A stretch of DNA of 64,000 nt from Vicinamibacteria bacterium (GCA_035542035.1 DATKME010000055.1:318-64317), one strand, 5' to 3'; shown: positions 39,705-51,775, counted from the stretch's first letter. Notes: a model not told the origin generated them from the letters alone. Made by a program: numbers and translations.

Positions 39705-40634
39705 ATGTCCCAGTTGAGACTCGTGCCCGTCTCCGGTCCGCCGATCGAGGTGAGCGTGCCGAGCATGGTGGGCCGCGACCCGAGTTGCGAGATCGTGGTG
39801 ACCGACGGCTCCGTGTCGCGGCGTCACGCGCGGCTCGAGCCGCGGGGGGCCGCATGGTGGGTGGTCGACCAGGGCAGCGCCAACGGCACCTTCCTCAACA
39901 GCGTGCGGGCGACGGAGGAGGCGCTGCGCAACGGCCAGGAGCTGCGTTTCGGCGCGCTCTCCTACCGGGTGGAGCTGGCGAGCGATCCCGAGGCCACGGT
40001 GGCGACGCCGGTCTACGACGACGAGGCGGCGACGGTGGTGGGGAGCACGCCCCCGCCCCAGCCGCCTCCCCTGCCACCGGTGCCGCCGCCCCGTCCGGCG
40101 GCTCCTCCGGCGCCCCGGGTGGTCGCGGCGCCGCCTCCCCCGCCGCCCGCTCCCGCCGCCCGCCGGGCCGCGCCGGCCGGCGCCTCGCCGGTGTCGCAGA
40201 TGCCGGCGGGGCCGGCGCCGGCCAAGAAGGGCCGCTCCCCGCTCGTCTGGATCGGGGTGGGCTGCTGCGGCTGCCTGCTGCTCGTGGTGCTGCTGATCGC
40301 CGTCATCGGCGGCGGCGCGGTGATGGCGACGCGTCCGGCGTCGAACGCGGCGCACGCCTGGCTGGCCGAGGTGCGGCAGGGCCGGACCGACCTGGCCGAG
40401 GCCGGTCTCAGCAGCGACTACCGCGCCCGTCTGCGGGACGAGGACAAGCAGGCCATCACCAGCGCCGTCCAGGAGTCGAAGGACGCCACCTTCTTCTCCC
40501 GCTCGATCGACAACGACAAGGCGGTGCTGAAGGGCGTGCTCACCGGCGGCGGCCCGCCGCGGCCGGTCACCATCCACCTGGTGAAGGAGGGCGGCGCCTG
40601 GAAGGTCGACGACGTGCACCTCGGCGTCGAGTAG
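39705..40634 (+). CDS. FHA domain membrane protein (FHA, Pro-rich linker, TM, extracytoplasmic alpha/beta domain)
   Basis: FHA domain: VGRDPSCEIVVTDGSVSRRHARLE...WWVVDQGSANGTFLNS. Then a PPPQPPPLPPVPPP linker, the TM helix LVWIGVGCCGCLLLVVLLIAVIGGG, and a C-terminal domain of about 100 aa. Confidence 0.85.
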   Translation: MSQLRLVPVSGPPIEVSVPSMVGRDPSCEIVVTDGSVSRRHARLEPRGAAWWVVDQGSANGTFLNSVRATEEALRNGQELRFGALSYRVELASDPEATVATPVYDDEAATVVGSTPPPQPPPLPPVPPPRPAAPPAPRVVAAPPPPPPAPAARRAAPAGASPVSQMPAGPAPAKKGRSPLVWIGVGCCGCLLLVVLLIAVIGGGAVMATRPASNAAHAWLAEVRQGRTDLAEAGLSSDYRARLRDEDKQAITSAVQESKDATFFSRSIDNDKAVLKGVLTGGGPPRPVTIHLVKEGGAWKVDDVHLGVE

Positions 40635-40644
40635 CATCGGGGGC

Positions 40645-40965
40645 GTGACCGTTCCCGCTCCCGAGCCGGTCGAGGTCCGCCACGAGCGCTCCGCCAGGCG
40701 GCTGCTGGTGGTGTGGGAGGACGCTCACCGGTCGGTGTTCCCGCTCGACTACCTGCGCAGCTGGTGCCCCTGCGCCGTGTGCCAGGGGCACGCGCCCGAG
40801 GCGAAGTACCTCGACCTCCGCGACCAGCAGCTCGTCCACCTCGACGCCGTGGGCAACTACGCGCTGTCGCTCACCTGGAAGGACGGCCACAGCACCGGCA
40901 TCTACAGCTTCCGCCTGCTGCGCGCGCTCTGCCCCTGCGCGGCCTGCGGCGGCGAGAAGCGCTGA
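40645..40965 (+). CDS. DUF971 domain protein (gamma-butyrobetaine hydroxylase-like N-terminal zinc domain)
   Basis: Contains LLVVWEDAHRSVFPLDYLRSWCPCAVCQG ... YALSLTWKDGHSTGIYSFRLLRALCPC. GTG start. Confidence 0.8.
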   Translation: MTVPAPEPVEVRHERSARRLLVVWEDAHRSVFPLDYLRSWCPCAVCQGHAPEAKYLDLRDQQLVHLDAVGNYALSLTWKDGHSTGIYSFRLLRALCPCAACGGEKR

Positions 40966-40967
40966 CC

Positions 40968-41879
40968 CTACCGCGACCGCGCACCAGCGGCCGCCTCCGC
41001 CTCGTGGCCCTCCGGCTCGAGGTGCACCACCACGTCGACGATCTCCGGGTGGTGCGCCTGCAGCGCGGTCTCGATGCGGTCGGAGACCTCGTGGGCCTCC
41101 TTGAGGCTGAGCCCGGCGTCGAGGTGCACGGTGAGGTCGACGTAGACGGCGTCGCCGCGCCCGCGGGTGCGCACGTCGTGGACGCGCAGCACGCCGGGGA
41201 CGGCGGCCGCCAGGGACTCCAGCCCCTCGGCGGGGATGGCGGCGCGGTCGGTCAGCACGTGGAAGGCCGAGAGCAGGATCTGCACGGCCTGCCAGCCGAT
41301 GATGGCGCCGATCGCCAGCGCCACCAGGGGGTCGGCCCAGCCCAGGCCCAGGAGCGCCGCCAGGAACGAGGCGATGACGCCCAGCGAGACGTAGAGGTCG
41401 GCCCGGGTGTGGGTGGCGTCGGCCACCAGGAACGCGCTCTCCAGCCGGCGACCCTCGCGCGCCTCGTACCAGCTGACGCCGAGGTTCACGCCGATCGTCG
41501 TCAGCATCACCACCCAGTTGAGCAGGCCGACCGCGGGCAGGACCGGGCGGCCCACGCGGGCCACGGCGCCCGCGAGCACCTCCCAGGCGAGGGCGAGCAG
41601 GGCGACCCCGATCGCCGCCGTCGCCGCCGTCTCGAACTTGCGGTGGCCGTAAGGGTGACCGCGGTCCGGTGGCCGGAAGGCGAAGGCGGCGACGATCAGT
41701 CCGATGACGTTGTTCGAGCCGTCCACCAGGCTGTGGTAGCCGTCGGCCACCATGGCCAGGCTGCCGGAGAGGTGCCCGACCAGGACCTTCCCCGCGCTCA
41801 CCGCCAGGTTCAGGGCCAGCGTGATCCAGAGCACCCGGCGTACGCCTCGGCTCTGGTCTGAGGTCTCGATGCGAGCCAT
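40968..41879 (-). CDS. cation diffusion facilitator family transporter
   Basis: Contains SLAMVADGYHSLVDGSNN, HPYGHRKFE, ADATHTRADLYVSLGV and a C-terminal cytoplasmic domain (VHDVRTRGRGDAVYVDLTVHL). Starts at the internal ATG at 41879. Confidence 0.9.
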   Translation of the reverse strand: MARIETSDQSRGVRRVLWITLALNLAVSAGKVLVGHLSGSLAMVADGYHSLVDGSNNVIGLIVAAFAFRPPDRGHPYGHRKFETAATAAIGVALLALAWEVLAGAVARVGRPVLPAVGLLNWVVMLTTIGVNLGVSWYEAREGRRLESAFLVADATHTRADLYVSLGVIASFLAALLGLGWADPLVALAIGAIIGWQAVQILLSAFHVLTDRAAIPAEGLESLAAAVPGVLRVHDVRTRGRGDAVYVDLTVHLDAGLSLKEAHEVSDRIETALQAHHPEIVDVVVHLEPEGHEAEAAAGARSR

Positions 41880-41935
41880 CTGGCGTCGTCCAAAGCCGCC
41901 CCGCCGTACCCGGGGCAAGCGGTGTTCGACCGGCT

Positions 41936-43420
41936 TCAGGCCTCCTGCTCGCGCGGCACCAGCCAGTCGAGGCTCTGCGCGAGCGACATGCCGGAGGTGT
42001 ACAGGAAGCCCCACTGGAAGATGGCGATGAACGGCAGCGTGCCGACCAGCCCATAGGTGAGGGCGTACAGATTGACGAAGGTGAAATAGCAGGCGAGCGC
42101 CAGCTCCACGTAGGGCACCCAGCTCGAGCGGCCCTTGTAGCGCTTGGTCTTCCAGTCGTCGCCCTGGCCCTCGATGCGGTACTTGGGCGTGCGCATGAAC
42201 TCGGAGGGCTTGCCGAAGAGGCCCTCCATCACCGCGATCGCGTTGTTGATGCTGATGCCGATGCCGATGCCCAGCACCGCCGGGATGTACTTGACCTTGG
42301 ACTTCCAGCCGCCGGGGAACTGCTCCTTCTGCGAGAGCACGTAGAAGGCGCAGACCGAGGCGGTGGCGGCCAGGAAGATGGGGACGTCCACCACCACCAT
42401 CTCGGCCCAGCCCATGCTGTAGCGCAGCACCATCGCCGGGAACATCAGCGCGGCGAGCAGCACCATCAGCGGGTAGGCCATGTTGGCGGTGAGGTGGAAG
42501 GTCGCCTCCACCTTCTCCCGCCAGGGCAGAGGGGAGGCCAGGATGCGGGGCAGCAGCTTCTTGCACACCTGCACCGAGCCCTTGGCCCAGCGCTGCTGCT
42601 GGGTCTTGAAGGCGTTCATCTCCACCGGCAGCTCGGCGGGCGAGACGAGGTCGGGCAGGTAGACGAAGCGCCAGCCCTTCATCTGCGCGCGGTAGCTGAG
42701 GTCGAGGTCCTCGGTGAGCGTGTCGTGCTGCCAGCCGCCGGCGTCCGCGATCGCCGAGCGGCGCCAGACCCCGGCGGTGCCGTTGAAGTTGAAGAAGCGG
42801 CCGGCGCGGCTGCGGGCGCCGTGCTCCATGATGAAGTGCCCGTCGAGCATGATCGACTGCACTTCCGTGAGCAGGGAGTAGCTGCGGTTGATGTGGCCCC
42901 AGCGGGCCTGGACCATCGCCACCTTCGGGTCGTCGAAGTGGCCGAGGGTCCTCTCCAGCACGTCCGCTGGCGCCACGAAGTCCGCGTCGAAGATCAGCAC
43001 GAACTCGCCGGTCGCGCTCCTGAGCCCGGCTTCGAGGGCGCCCGCCTTGTAACCCGTGCGGTCGTCGCGGTGGAGGTAGTGGATGTCGAAGCCCTGCGCG
43101 CGGTAGTGCTCGACGGCGCGGCTGGCGATGGCGGCCGTCTCGTCGGTCGAGTCGTCGAGCACCTGGATCTGCAGCAGCTCGCTCGGGTAGCGGATGGCCG
43201 CCACCGAGGCGAGCAGGCGGTCGACGACGTACATCTCGTTGAAGATCGGCAGCTGGATGGTGACCCGCGGCAGCCGCTCGGGCAGGGGGCGCGGGAGCGG
43301 CTTCTTGTCCTTGTGGCGGAAGTAGAGCCAGACCATCACGTACCGGTGGAAGCCGAGGATGGCCAGGATCACGAGCGTCAGGAAGTACAGGCCGAGGACG
43401 CCCAACTCGAAAGCGCTCAT
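41936..43420 (-). CDS. family 2 glycosyltransferase, processive CslA/cellulose-synthase-like
   Basis: Contains [30 protein letters not shown] and the QQQRWAKG (QxxRW) motif. TM helices lie at both ends. Confidence 0.9.
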   Translation of the reverse strand: MSAFELGVLGLYFLTLVILAILGFHRYVMVWLYFRHKDKKPLPRPLPERLPRVTIQLPIFNEMYVVDRLLASVAAIRYPSELLQIQVLDDSTDETAAIASRAVEHYRAQGFDIHYLHRDDRTGYKAGALEAGLRSATGEFVLIFDADFVAPADVLERTLGHFDDPKVAMVQARWGHINRSYSLLTEVQSIMLDGHFIMEHGARSRAGRFFNFNGTAGVWRRSAIADAGGWQHDTLTEDLDLSYRAQMKGWRFVYLPDLVSPAELPVEMNAFKTQQQRWAKGSVQVCKKLLPRILASPLPWREKVEATFHLTANMAYPLMVLLAALMFPAMVLRYSMGWAEMVVVDVPIFLAATASVCAFYVLSQKEQFPGGWKSKVKYIPAVLGIGIGISINNAIAVMEGLFGKPSEFMRTPKYRIEGQGDDWKTKRYKGRSSWVPYVELALACYFTFVNLYALTYGLVGTLPFIAIFQWGFLYTSGMSLAQSLDWLVPREQEA

Positions 43421-43603
43421 GACGGCCGATGCCCCCGCCTCGCGCCCCCGTCCCTTCGGTCGGGACGCAAAGCCGCCTCCGTTGACAGCGTCCGAATCAC
43501 CGGTGGAAGATGCCGATCTCGGAGTGCCTCGCCGCCCCTCGATCGGGGAGGTTCCTCCCGGCGGGCACCCGTGCAGTCTATCGGACCGCCGGCGTCAATT
43601 TCA

Positions 43604-44362
43604 ATGGATCCCGAAACGCTCAAATCGCTGCTGGAGGGCGTCAGACGCGGCGAGGTCACGCCCGAGGAGGCTGCCTCCCGGCTGGCCACGCTGCCCTACG
43701 AGGACCTGGGGTTCGCCAAGGTCGACCACCACCGCGCGCTGCGCCGCGGCTTCCCGGAGGCGGTCTTCGGCGCCGGCAAGACGCCCGAGCAGATCGCGGC
43801 GATCGTGGACCGGATCGCCGGCCGCGGGCAGAGGGTGCTGGTGACGCGGACGGTGCCCGAAGCCCACCGCAAGGTGCTCGCCGTGCGCAGCGACGCGTGC
43901 TGGCACGAGGCGGCCCGCTGCATCACCGTGGACGCGGGCCCCCGGACGGCGTTGTCCGGCCGGGTCGCGGTCGTGGCCGCGGGCACCTCGGACCTCCCCG
44001 TCGCCGAGGAGGCGGCCGTGGTTGCCGACTTCCACGGAGCGAAAGTCGAACGAATCTACGACGTGGGCGTCTCAGGGCTGCATCGGCTTCTCGACCGGGC
44101 CGAGGCGATCCGCGCGGCGGACGTCGTGATCGTGGCGGCCGGGATGGAGGGAGCCCTGCCTTCCGTGGTCGCCGGCCTCGTCGACTCGCCCGTCGTCGCG
44201 GTGCCCACCAGCGTCGGCTACGGGGCCTCCTTCCACGGCCTGGCTGCGCTGTTGGCGATGCTCAACTCCTGCTCCTCCGGCGTCGGCGTCGTCAACATCG
44301 ACAACGGCTTCGGTGCGGCCCACCTCGCCTGCCTGATCCTTCGCAACCGCAGCCGGCCCTGA
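43604..44362 (+). CDS. larB: nickel-pincer cofactor biosynthesis protein LarB (AIR-carboxylase-like)
   Basis: Contains AKVDHHRALRRGFPEAVFGAGKT, VAVVAAGTSDLPVAEEA, VAAGMEGALPSVVAGL and VVAVPTSVGYG. Starts at the internal ATG at 43604. Confidence 0.85.
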   Translation: MDPETLKSLLEGVRRGEVTPEEAASRLATLPYEDLGFAKVDHHRALRRGFPEAVFGAGKTPEQIAAIVDRIAGRGQRVLVTRTVPEAHRKVLAVRSDACWHEAARCITVDAGPRTALSGRVAVVAAGTSDLPVAEEAAVVADFHGAKVERIYDVGVSGLHRLLDRAEAIRAADVVIVAAGMEGALPSVVAGLVDSPVVAVPTSVGYGASFHGLAALLAMLNSCSSGVGVVNIDNGFGAAHLACLILRNRSRP

Positions 44363-44510
44363 GCCGTCTCCGCTCAGGGCCCGAGGGCCACGGTGCTCCC
44401 GATCGCAGGCCTGTTTCGTGGCGAAACGACCTCAGGTCGTCGATTTGCGCGAAATGGTGCATGAGAGCACACTCAGGCCCCAGAGGAGGCCGTTCGCCGC
44501 ACCTCCGACC

Positions 44511-44539
44511 TTGACAAGGCTGTTGAGCGTGCTGATCTT
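44511..44539 (+). promoter_or_regulatory. sigma70-type promoter candidate for mutS2-dnaG-rpoD
   Basis: A perfect TTGACA, then N17, then GATCTT, in the locally AT-richer gap. Confidence 0.35.
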
Positions 44540-44668
44540 GTTATGGTCTTGTCCTGCCGTTTCCCCAACCTGATTGCGCCCAAAGGCCTCGGCTGTGCGC
44601 ACTAGGCGCCCCCAGGGGGCGCTCGGCGGACGGCGGACAACCCGCGAACTGCGGCCGGGCGGACTCGT

Positions 44669-47167
44669 GTGAACGTCAACTCCCTCAAGGCACTGGAATT
44701 CGATCGCATCCGGGCGCTGCTGCTGCAGCATGCCGGCTCGCCGCAGGGGACTGCCCGGCTGGAGCAGTTGGCCCCGCTGACGGATGCCGCGGCCGTCCGG
44801 GAGGCCCTGGCCCGGACGAGCGAGGGCGTGGCGCTCCTGAAGACCCTCGGACGCCAGCCGTACCACGACCTCCCGGACCCGGCCGACGCTCTCGTCACCG
44901 CCCGCACCCGCGGCGCCCACCTCGATCCGCGGGCCCTCGCCGATCTCGCCTCGTTCGTCGAGGGCGGCGTGGAGATCGCCTGGCGGGCGGCACGGGTCGA
45001 GGCTGCGCCGCGCCTGTCGAGGCTCGCCTCGGAGGTGCGCGACACGCGCGAGGTGGCCAACGCCATACGCCGCGCGCTGCTGCCCTCGGGCGAGGTGGCC
45101 GACGACGCCTCGCCGCGTCTCGCCGACCTGCGGCGCACGCTGCTGCGCCTGAAGACGCAGCTGACCACCGTGATGGAGGGATACCTCCGCAGCCGCGACG
45201 CCGAGCGCCTGCTGCAGGACCGCGTCATCACCACCCGCAACGACCGCTACGTGCTGCTGCTGAAGGCGGAGCAGCGCGGGCAGCTGCCCGGGATCATCCA
45301 CGGCAGCTCCGGCTCGGGCGCCAGCCTGTTCGTCGAGCCGCTGCCGGCGGTGGAGCTCAACAACGACATCGTCTCGCTGCAGGACGAGGAGCGCGCGGAG
45401 GTCCTGCGCATCCTGCAGGAGCTGACGGCGCGGGCGGGCGGGCGCGCGGACGACATCGCGCACCTGGCTTCGGTGCTGGGCCAGCTCGACGCCGTGCAGG
45501 CGATGGCCCTGCTGGCGGTCGAGATGGACGCCCGCGCGCCGGAGATCGTGGACGAGCGTGACGGCATCGAGCTCTTCGACTCGCGCCACCCGCTTCTGAT
45601 GCCGGCGCTCGCGGCGCGGCTGGGCATCGGGCGCGACGGCGAGCCGGTGCCGGTCAGCATCCGGTTGGGCGGAGACGAGCCGGTGCTGGTGATCAGCGGC
45701 CCCAACACCGGCGGCAAGACCGTCGCCCTCAAGACCGTGGGCCTGTTCGCGGCGATGGCCCAGTGCGGGCTGCACCTGCCCGCCGCACCCGGCAGCCGGT
45801 TGCCCGTCTTCGCCCGCATCTTCGCCGACATCGGCGACGAGCAGTCGATCGCCGAGAACCTGTCCACCTTCTCCTCCCACCTGGCGGCGATCGTGGCCAT
45901 GACCCGCGACCTGGCGCGGCCGGCGCTGGTGCTGCTCGACGAGGTGGGCGCCGGCACCGACCCGACCGAGGGCGGGGCCCTGGGCGTCGCCATCGTCGAG
46001 CACTTCCGGCGCCAGGGCGCGACCGTCATCGCCACCACCCACCACGGGCTGATGAAGGCCTACGCGCAGTCGACCCCCGGCGTCGCCTGTGCCTCCTTCG
46101 GCTACGACCCGCACAGCTACGAGCCCACCTACCGGCTGAGCCTGGGGACGCCCGGCCGCAGCCTGGCGCTGGAGATGGCGGAACGGCTGGGGCTGCCGGT
46201 CGAGGTGGTGAGGGACGCGCGCTCGCGACGCGACGACAAGGAGCAGCAGGCGGAGGCGCTCCTGCAGCGGCTGGAGCGGGAGCAGGCGGTGCTCGAGGAA
46301 GAGCGCGTCCGCGTCGAGGGGCTCAAGGCCGAGGCCGAGGGGGCCCGGCTGCGGGCACTGGCCGACGAGCGTGAGATGCAGGCCCGCAAGCGTCGCGAGG
46401 TCGAGGTCTTCGCCCGCGAGCTGCGCCGCCGCGGCGAGGAGGCCGAGGTCCGCGCCGCCCAGGCCATCCGCGAGGCGGTCGAGCGGCTGGAGGCGGCTCA
46501 GCGGGTGCAGGCCCTGGCCCCGCGGGTGCGCGGCGAGGCGGTCCGCGCCATCCGCGAGGCGCGCGACGAGATCCTGAAGGACCCGGAGCTGGCCATTCCG
46601 GCCGAGCCAGAGCCGGAGGAGGTCCCCCTCACCCTCGGCGCCCGGGTGCGCGTACGCGCCATGGGCGTCACCGGTGAGGTGATGGCGCTCAAGGGTGAGC
46701 TGGCGGAGGTCGCGGTATCCGGCAAGAGGCTGCAGGTGCCCGCTGCCGAGCTGGTCGGCGTCGGTCCCCAGGCCGGGAGGTCGGCCGCGGTTCCCAGGGG
46801 GGTCCGCGGGGACGGGGTCCCCCCGGAACAAAGGAAGCCCGGCCGGCCTGGCCCCTCTGGCGCCGCTGCTCTCCATGGCGGCGCCTCCTCCCGCGTGGCC
46901 GTCTCCTTCGAGAGCAAGTCCGTCCCCGCCGAGGTGAACCTCATCGGCCTGACCGTCGAGGAGGCGCAGGACCGCGTCGACAAGCTGCTCGACGACGCCG
47001 CGCTGTCCGACCGCCGCGAGATCCGCATCGTCCACGGCTTCGGCGAGGGCAAGCTGCGCAAGGCGATCGCCCGGATGCTGCAGAGCCATCCGCTCGTCGC
47101 CTCGTACCGCCCGGGCGGCCCCAGCGAGGGCGGCGGGGGGGCCACGGTGGTGGAGCTCAAGGACTAG
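44669..47167 (+). CDS. mutS2: endonuclease MutS2 (MutS-II ATPase plus Smr domain)
   Basis: Walker A ISGPNTGGKTVALKT, then LLDEVGAGTDP and THHG. The C-terminal Smr domain is EVNLIGLTVEEAQDRVDKLLDDA...IRIVHGFGEGKLRKA. GTG start. Confidence 0.9.
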   Translation: MNVNSLKALEFDRIRALLLQHAGSPQGTARLEQLAPLTDAAAVREALARTSEGVALLKTLGRQPYHDLPDPADALVTARTRGAHLDPRALADLASFVEGGVEIAWRAARVEAAPRLSRLASEVRDTREVANAIRRALLPSGEVADDASPRLADLRRTLLRLKTQLTTVMEGYLRSRDAERLLQDRVITTRNDRYVLLLKAEQRGQLPGIIHGSSGSGASLFVEPLPAVELNNDIVSLQDEERAEVLRILQELTARAGGRADDIAHLASVLGQLDAVQAMALLAVEMDARAPEIVDERDGIELFDSRHPLLMPALAARLGIGRDGEPVPVSIRLGGDEPVLVISGPNTGGKTVALKTVGLFAAMAQCGLHLPAAPGSRLPVFARIFADIGDEQSIAENLSTFSSHLAAIVAMTRDLARPALVLLDEVGAGTDPTEGGALGVAIVEHFRRQGATVIATTHHGLMKAYAQSTPGVACASFGYDPHSYEPTYRLSLGTPGRSLALEMAERLGLPVEVVRDARSRRDDKEQQAEALLQRLEREQAVLEEERVRVEGLKAEAEGARLRALADEREMQARKRREVEVFARELRRRGEEAEVRAAQAIREAVERLEAAQRVQALAPRVRGEAVRAIREARDEILKDPELAIPAEPEPEEVPLTLGARVRVRAMGVTGEVMALKGELAEVAVSGKRLQVPAAELVGVGPQAGRSAAVPRGVRGDGVPPEQRKPGRPGPSGAAALHGGASSRVAVSFESKSVPAEVNLIGLTVEEAQDRVDKLLDDAALSDRREIRIVHGFGEGKLRKAIARMLQSHPLVASYRPGGPSEGGGGATVVELKD

Positions 47168-47169
47168 CG

Positions 47170-48948
47170 ATGGCCTTCCCGGAGAGCTTCGTCGAGGAGG
47201 TGCGCCGCGCGGCGGACGTGGTGCGCGTCATCTCCGAGCAGGTGGCGCTCAAGCGCATGGGCACCTCGTGGAAGGGCCTCTGCCCGTTCCACCAGGAGAA
47301 GACCCCGTCCTTCAACGTGCGCCAGGAGCCGCCCGTCTTCCACTGCTTCGGCTGCGGCGAGGGCGGCGACGTCTTCAAGTTCGTGATGCTGCGCGAGCGC
47401 GTGAGCTTTCCGGAGGCCGTCGAGATGCTGGCGCGGCGCTTCGGGGTGCCGGTCCCCGAGGGGCGGGTCGAGGCCGGCCCCGACCGCAAGGAGCGGGAGG
47501 AGCTGTTCGCCCTCATGGAGGCGGCGGCGCAGCACTTCACCCGCAACTTCTGGGCGGCGCCGGGGACGAAGGCGCGTGAGTACCTGCTGGGGCGGGGCTT
47601 CAAGCGGGAGACGCTGGAGCGGATCCGGGCCGGGTCGGCGCGTGACAGCTGGGACGATCTGCTGGGGGCGCTCCGCGGCAGGTTCTCCCCGCCCCTGCTG
47701 GCCAAGGCGGGCCTGGTGCTCGAGCGACAGGGGAAGGACGGCCACTACGACCGCTTCCGCAATCGCGCGGTCTTCCCGATCCTCAACGAGGGCGGCAAGG
47801 TCGTGGCCTTCGGCGCCCGCTCTCTCGACGGCAGCGATCCCAAGTACCTCAACTCCCCGGAGACGCCCGTCTACTCCAAGGGACGGCTCCTCTACGGCCT
47901 CTCCTGGGCGCGAGAGGCGGTGGCACGCGAGCGGCAAGCGGTGCTGATGGAGGGCTACCTCGACGTGGCGCGGGCGATCGAGCACGGGGTCGGCGAAGCG
48001 GTCGCCACCTGCGGGACCGCGCTCACGCCGCAGCACGCCCGGCTTCTCCATCGCTTCGCCGAGACCGTCGTTCTCAACTTCGACCAGGACGAGGCCGGCC
48101 AGAAGGCGGCCCGCAAGAGCCTCGAGATCTGCCTGGAGGAGGACCTGCGGGTGCGGATCGTGGAGCTCCCCGAAGGCCACGACCCCGACACCTACCTCAA
48201 GGCGGAGGGCGGCGAGGCCTACCGCAGACGCCTGGCGGAGGCGCCGGAGGCCCCGGAGTGGCTGATGAGGCGGGCGGAGAAGGCTCACGACCTGGGCAGC
48301 CCCGGCGGGAAGGCCGCGTTCTTCGCGGACGTCATCCCTTCGCTGGTGCGCACGCGCAGCGCGGTCGAGCGCGAGGCCTGGCTCGCTCGGGTGGTGGAGC
48401 GCGGCGGGCTGGACGCGGGCGCGGCGCGCAAGGACCTGCGGCGCGCGCTCGCGGCGCAGGCGGACGCCCGGGAAACGCCCGCCGGCGCGGCGGTGGCGGA
48501 GGCGGCCGAGAGGCACCGTGCCGCGGCGGCTTCGCGCGCGGCGGTGCTGCTCGACGCCGAGCGGCTGCTGATCGCTCTTCTCTCGCAGGGCGCCGAGGGG
48601 GTGGCGGAGGCGCTGGCGGCGCTGGACGAGCCCACCCTCTCGGGGCTGCGCTCGGCTCCCCTGCTGCGGGCGGCACGGGCGGTGGCGGCCCGGGGCGCGG
48701 CGGTGAATGCAGCCAGCGTGCTGGCGGAGCTGACGGAGGAGGAGCCGCGGCGGCTGCTCTCGGAGGTGGCGGTCATGGGACTGCCGGGGAAGGCTTCCTC
48801 GGCGGGCGAGTGCGTGCGCGAGCTGCGGCGACGGCCCCTGCGCGCGCGGATGGCCGAGGTGAAGAAGCAGCTCGCGCGGGCGGGCGGCGACGCGGACGCG
48901 CTGCTCAGCGAGCAGCAGCGGCTGGCGCGGCAGATGGCGGAGCTCTAG
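47170..48948 (+). CDS. dnaG: DNA primase
   Basis: Zinc ribbon ([13 protein letters not shown]...[15 protein letters not shown]), the TOPRIM EGYLDV motif and [10 protein letters not shown]. Confidence 0.95.
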   Translation: MAFPESFVEEVRRAADVVRVISEQVALKRMGTSWKGLCPFHQEKTPSFNVRQEPPVFHCFGCGEGGDVFKFVMLRERVSFPEAVEMLARRFGVPVPEGRVEAGPDRKEREELFALMEAAAQHFTRNFWAAPGTKAREYLLGRGFKRETLERIRAGSARDSWDDLLGALRGRFSPPLLAKAGLVLERQGKDGHYDRFRNRAVFPILNEGGKVVAFGARSLDGSDPKYLNSPETPVYSKGRLLYGLSWAREAVARERQAVLMEGYLDVARAIEHGVGEAVATCGTALTPQHARLLHRFAETVVLNFDQDEAGQKAARKSLEICLEEDLRVRIVELPEGHDPDTYLKAEGGEAYRRRLAEAPEAPEWLMRRAEKAHDLGSPGGKAAFFADVIPSLVRTRSAVEREAWLARVVERGGLDAGAARKDLRRALAAQADARETPAGAAVAEAAERHRAAAASRAAVLLDAERLLIALLSQGAEGVAEALAALDEPTLSGLRSAPLLRAARAVAARGAAVNAASVLAELTEEEPRRLLSEVAVMGLPGKASSAGECVRELRRRPLRARMAEVKKQLARAGGDADALLSEQQRLARQMAEL

Positions 48949-48988
48949 CAGCTCGGCAAGAAGGCTTCGGAAGGAGCAGGCGGGAAGA

Positions 48989-50656
<1,668 letters not shown>

Positions 50657-50719
50657 CCCGTCGTCCCGGGGGCGGTGCGGGCATCGCCCCCGGCCGGTGG
50701 GTGCGGGATGATAGGGGCG

Positions 50720-51409
50720 ATGAGACCCCTCGCGGCCGTCCTCGTCGTCCTGCTCCTCCCGGCCCTCGCCGCCGCCCAGGTGAAGGAGAAGAAACGCCTC
50801 GACGCCTGCCGCGAGGTGCTGGAGGAGCTCCTCGGCGGTGAGGAGCGCATCCCGCGCGATCTCCTGGACAAGGCCGAGTGCGTTGCCGTCGTCCCCAGCG
50901 CCAAGAAGTTCGCGCTGGGTTTCGGTGGGCGATGGGGGAAGGGGGCGGTCGTCTGCCGCACCCGGGGCGGCAGCGGGCCGTGGAGCCCGCCGCTGATGAT
51001 CTCCGTCGGTGGCGGGAGCATCGGCCTGCAGATCGGCGGCCAGGCGGCGGACTACGTGTTCCTGATCATGAACCCCAGGGGGATCGACTACCTGCTGCGC
51101 TCGCAGTTCACGCTGGGCGGGGACGCGGCGGTGGCGGCCGGGCCCGTGGGGCGCACCGGCTCGGCGGACACGGACCTGCGGCTGAGGGCCGAGATCCTGA
51201 GCTACTCGCGGACGCGCGGGCTCTTCGCGGGGCTCTCCCTCGAGGGCACCGTCGTCAAGCAGGACAAGGACGGCAACCAGAACGTCTACGGGGCTCCGGT
51301 CGACCCGAAGCGCCTGCTGGTCGAGGGCACCTACCCGGTGCCACCGGAGGCCCGCGGGTTCGTCGATCTCCTCGCGACGTCCTCGCCCAGGCGAGTGGCC
51401 ATCGACTGA
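50720..51409 (+). CDS. secreted SYLF (Ysc84/DUF500) lipid-binding domain protein
   Basis: Signal peptide MRPLAAVLVVLLLPALAAA, then AECVAVVPSAKKFALGFGGRWGKG, SIGLQIGGQAADYVFLIM and SRTRGLFAGLSLEG. Confidence 0.8.
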   Translation: MRPLAAVLVVLLLPALAAAQVKEKKRLDACREVLEELLGGEERIPRDLLDKAECVAVVPSAKKFALGFGGRWGKGAVVCRTRGGSGPWSPPLMISVGGGSIGLQIGGQAADYVFLIMNPRGIDYLLRSQFTLGGDAAVAAGPVGRTGSADTDLRLRAEILSYSRTRGLFAGLSLEGTVVKQDKDGNQNVYGAPVDPKRLLVEGTYPVPPEARGFVDLLATSSPRRVAID

Positions 51410-51532
51410 TCAGCGCCTGCGCCTCCGGGGAAGGCGGAGGACGCCCTCGGCCTCGAGCCCGGCGGCCAGCCGGAGTTCAAGGCCTACAACCGGCGGACGC
51501 GGTGGCGCAGCCGGCAAGCTGGCCGGCTCCTC

Positions 51533-51775
51533 ATGTCCGGGCTGCGCCGCGCGGGCGCCGGAGCCGGGCGGCTGCCGACGGCGGCCCTGCGCAAGTCGGC
51601 GAACGCGGCGCTGCTGCTCTTCGCCGCGGTGGCGGCGCGCGTCAGCCTCGTCGAAGCCCGGCGCACCGCTGCCGGCCCCGCGCTGCTCTCGGCGCTGCGC
51701 CAGGAGTTCAGGGACGACCTGGGGCGGCTGGCGAAGGTGATCGGCCGCGACCTGTCGTCGTGGCTCACGCCGTGA
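51533..51775 (+). pseudogene. possible 3-prime remnant of a sulfotransferase-like gene
   Basis: The 80 aa ORF ends ...LLSALRQEFRDDLGRLAKVIGRDLSSWLTP, which resembles the C-terminal signature I recall from bacterial sulfotransferases. No N-terminal PAPS-binding part is present. Weak call. Confidence 0.2.

Noticed and set aside
41880-41935. A possible NiCo (czcD-type) riboswitch upstream of the CDF transporter or larB.
   Set aside because: Only 56 nt separate the CDF start from the preceding GT2 gene, which is too short for that RNA. In the larB leader (43421-43603) I could not recognise the conserved four-way-junction features. Without a covariance-model scan I cannot support the call.
44451-44585. 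A 44-codon plus-strand ORF (MVHESTLRPQRRPFAAPPTLTRLL...) in the larB-mutS2 spacer.
   Set aside because: It has no ribosome-binding site and atypical codon usage for this genome, and it overlaps the best promoter candidate. It is more likely non-coding.
44432-47089. An 885 aa minus-strand ORF opposite mutS2.
   Set aside because: It is an antisense shadow of a well-supported MutS2 gene. Its tail, which extends into the 44.4 kb spacer, has no start or Shine-Dalgarno context.
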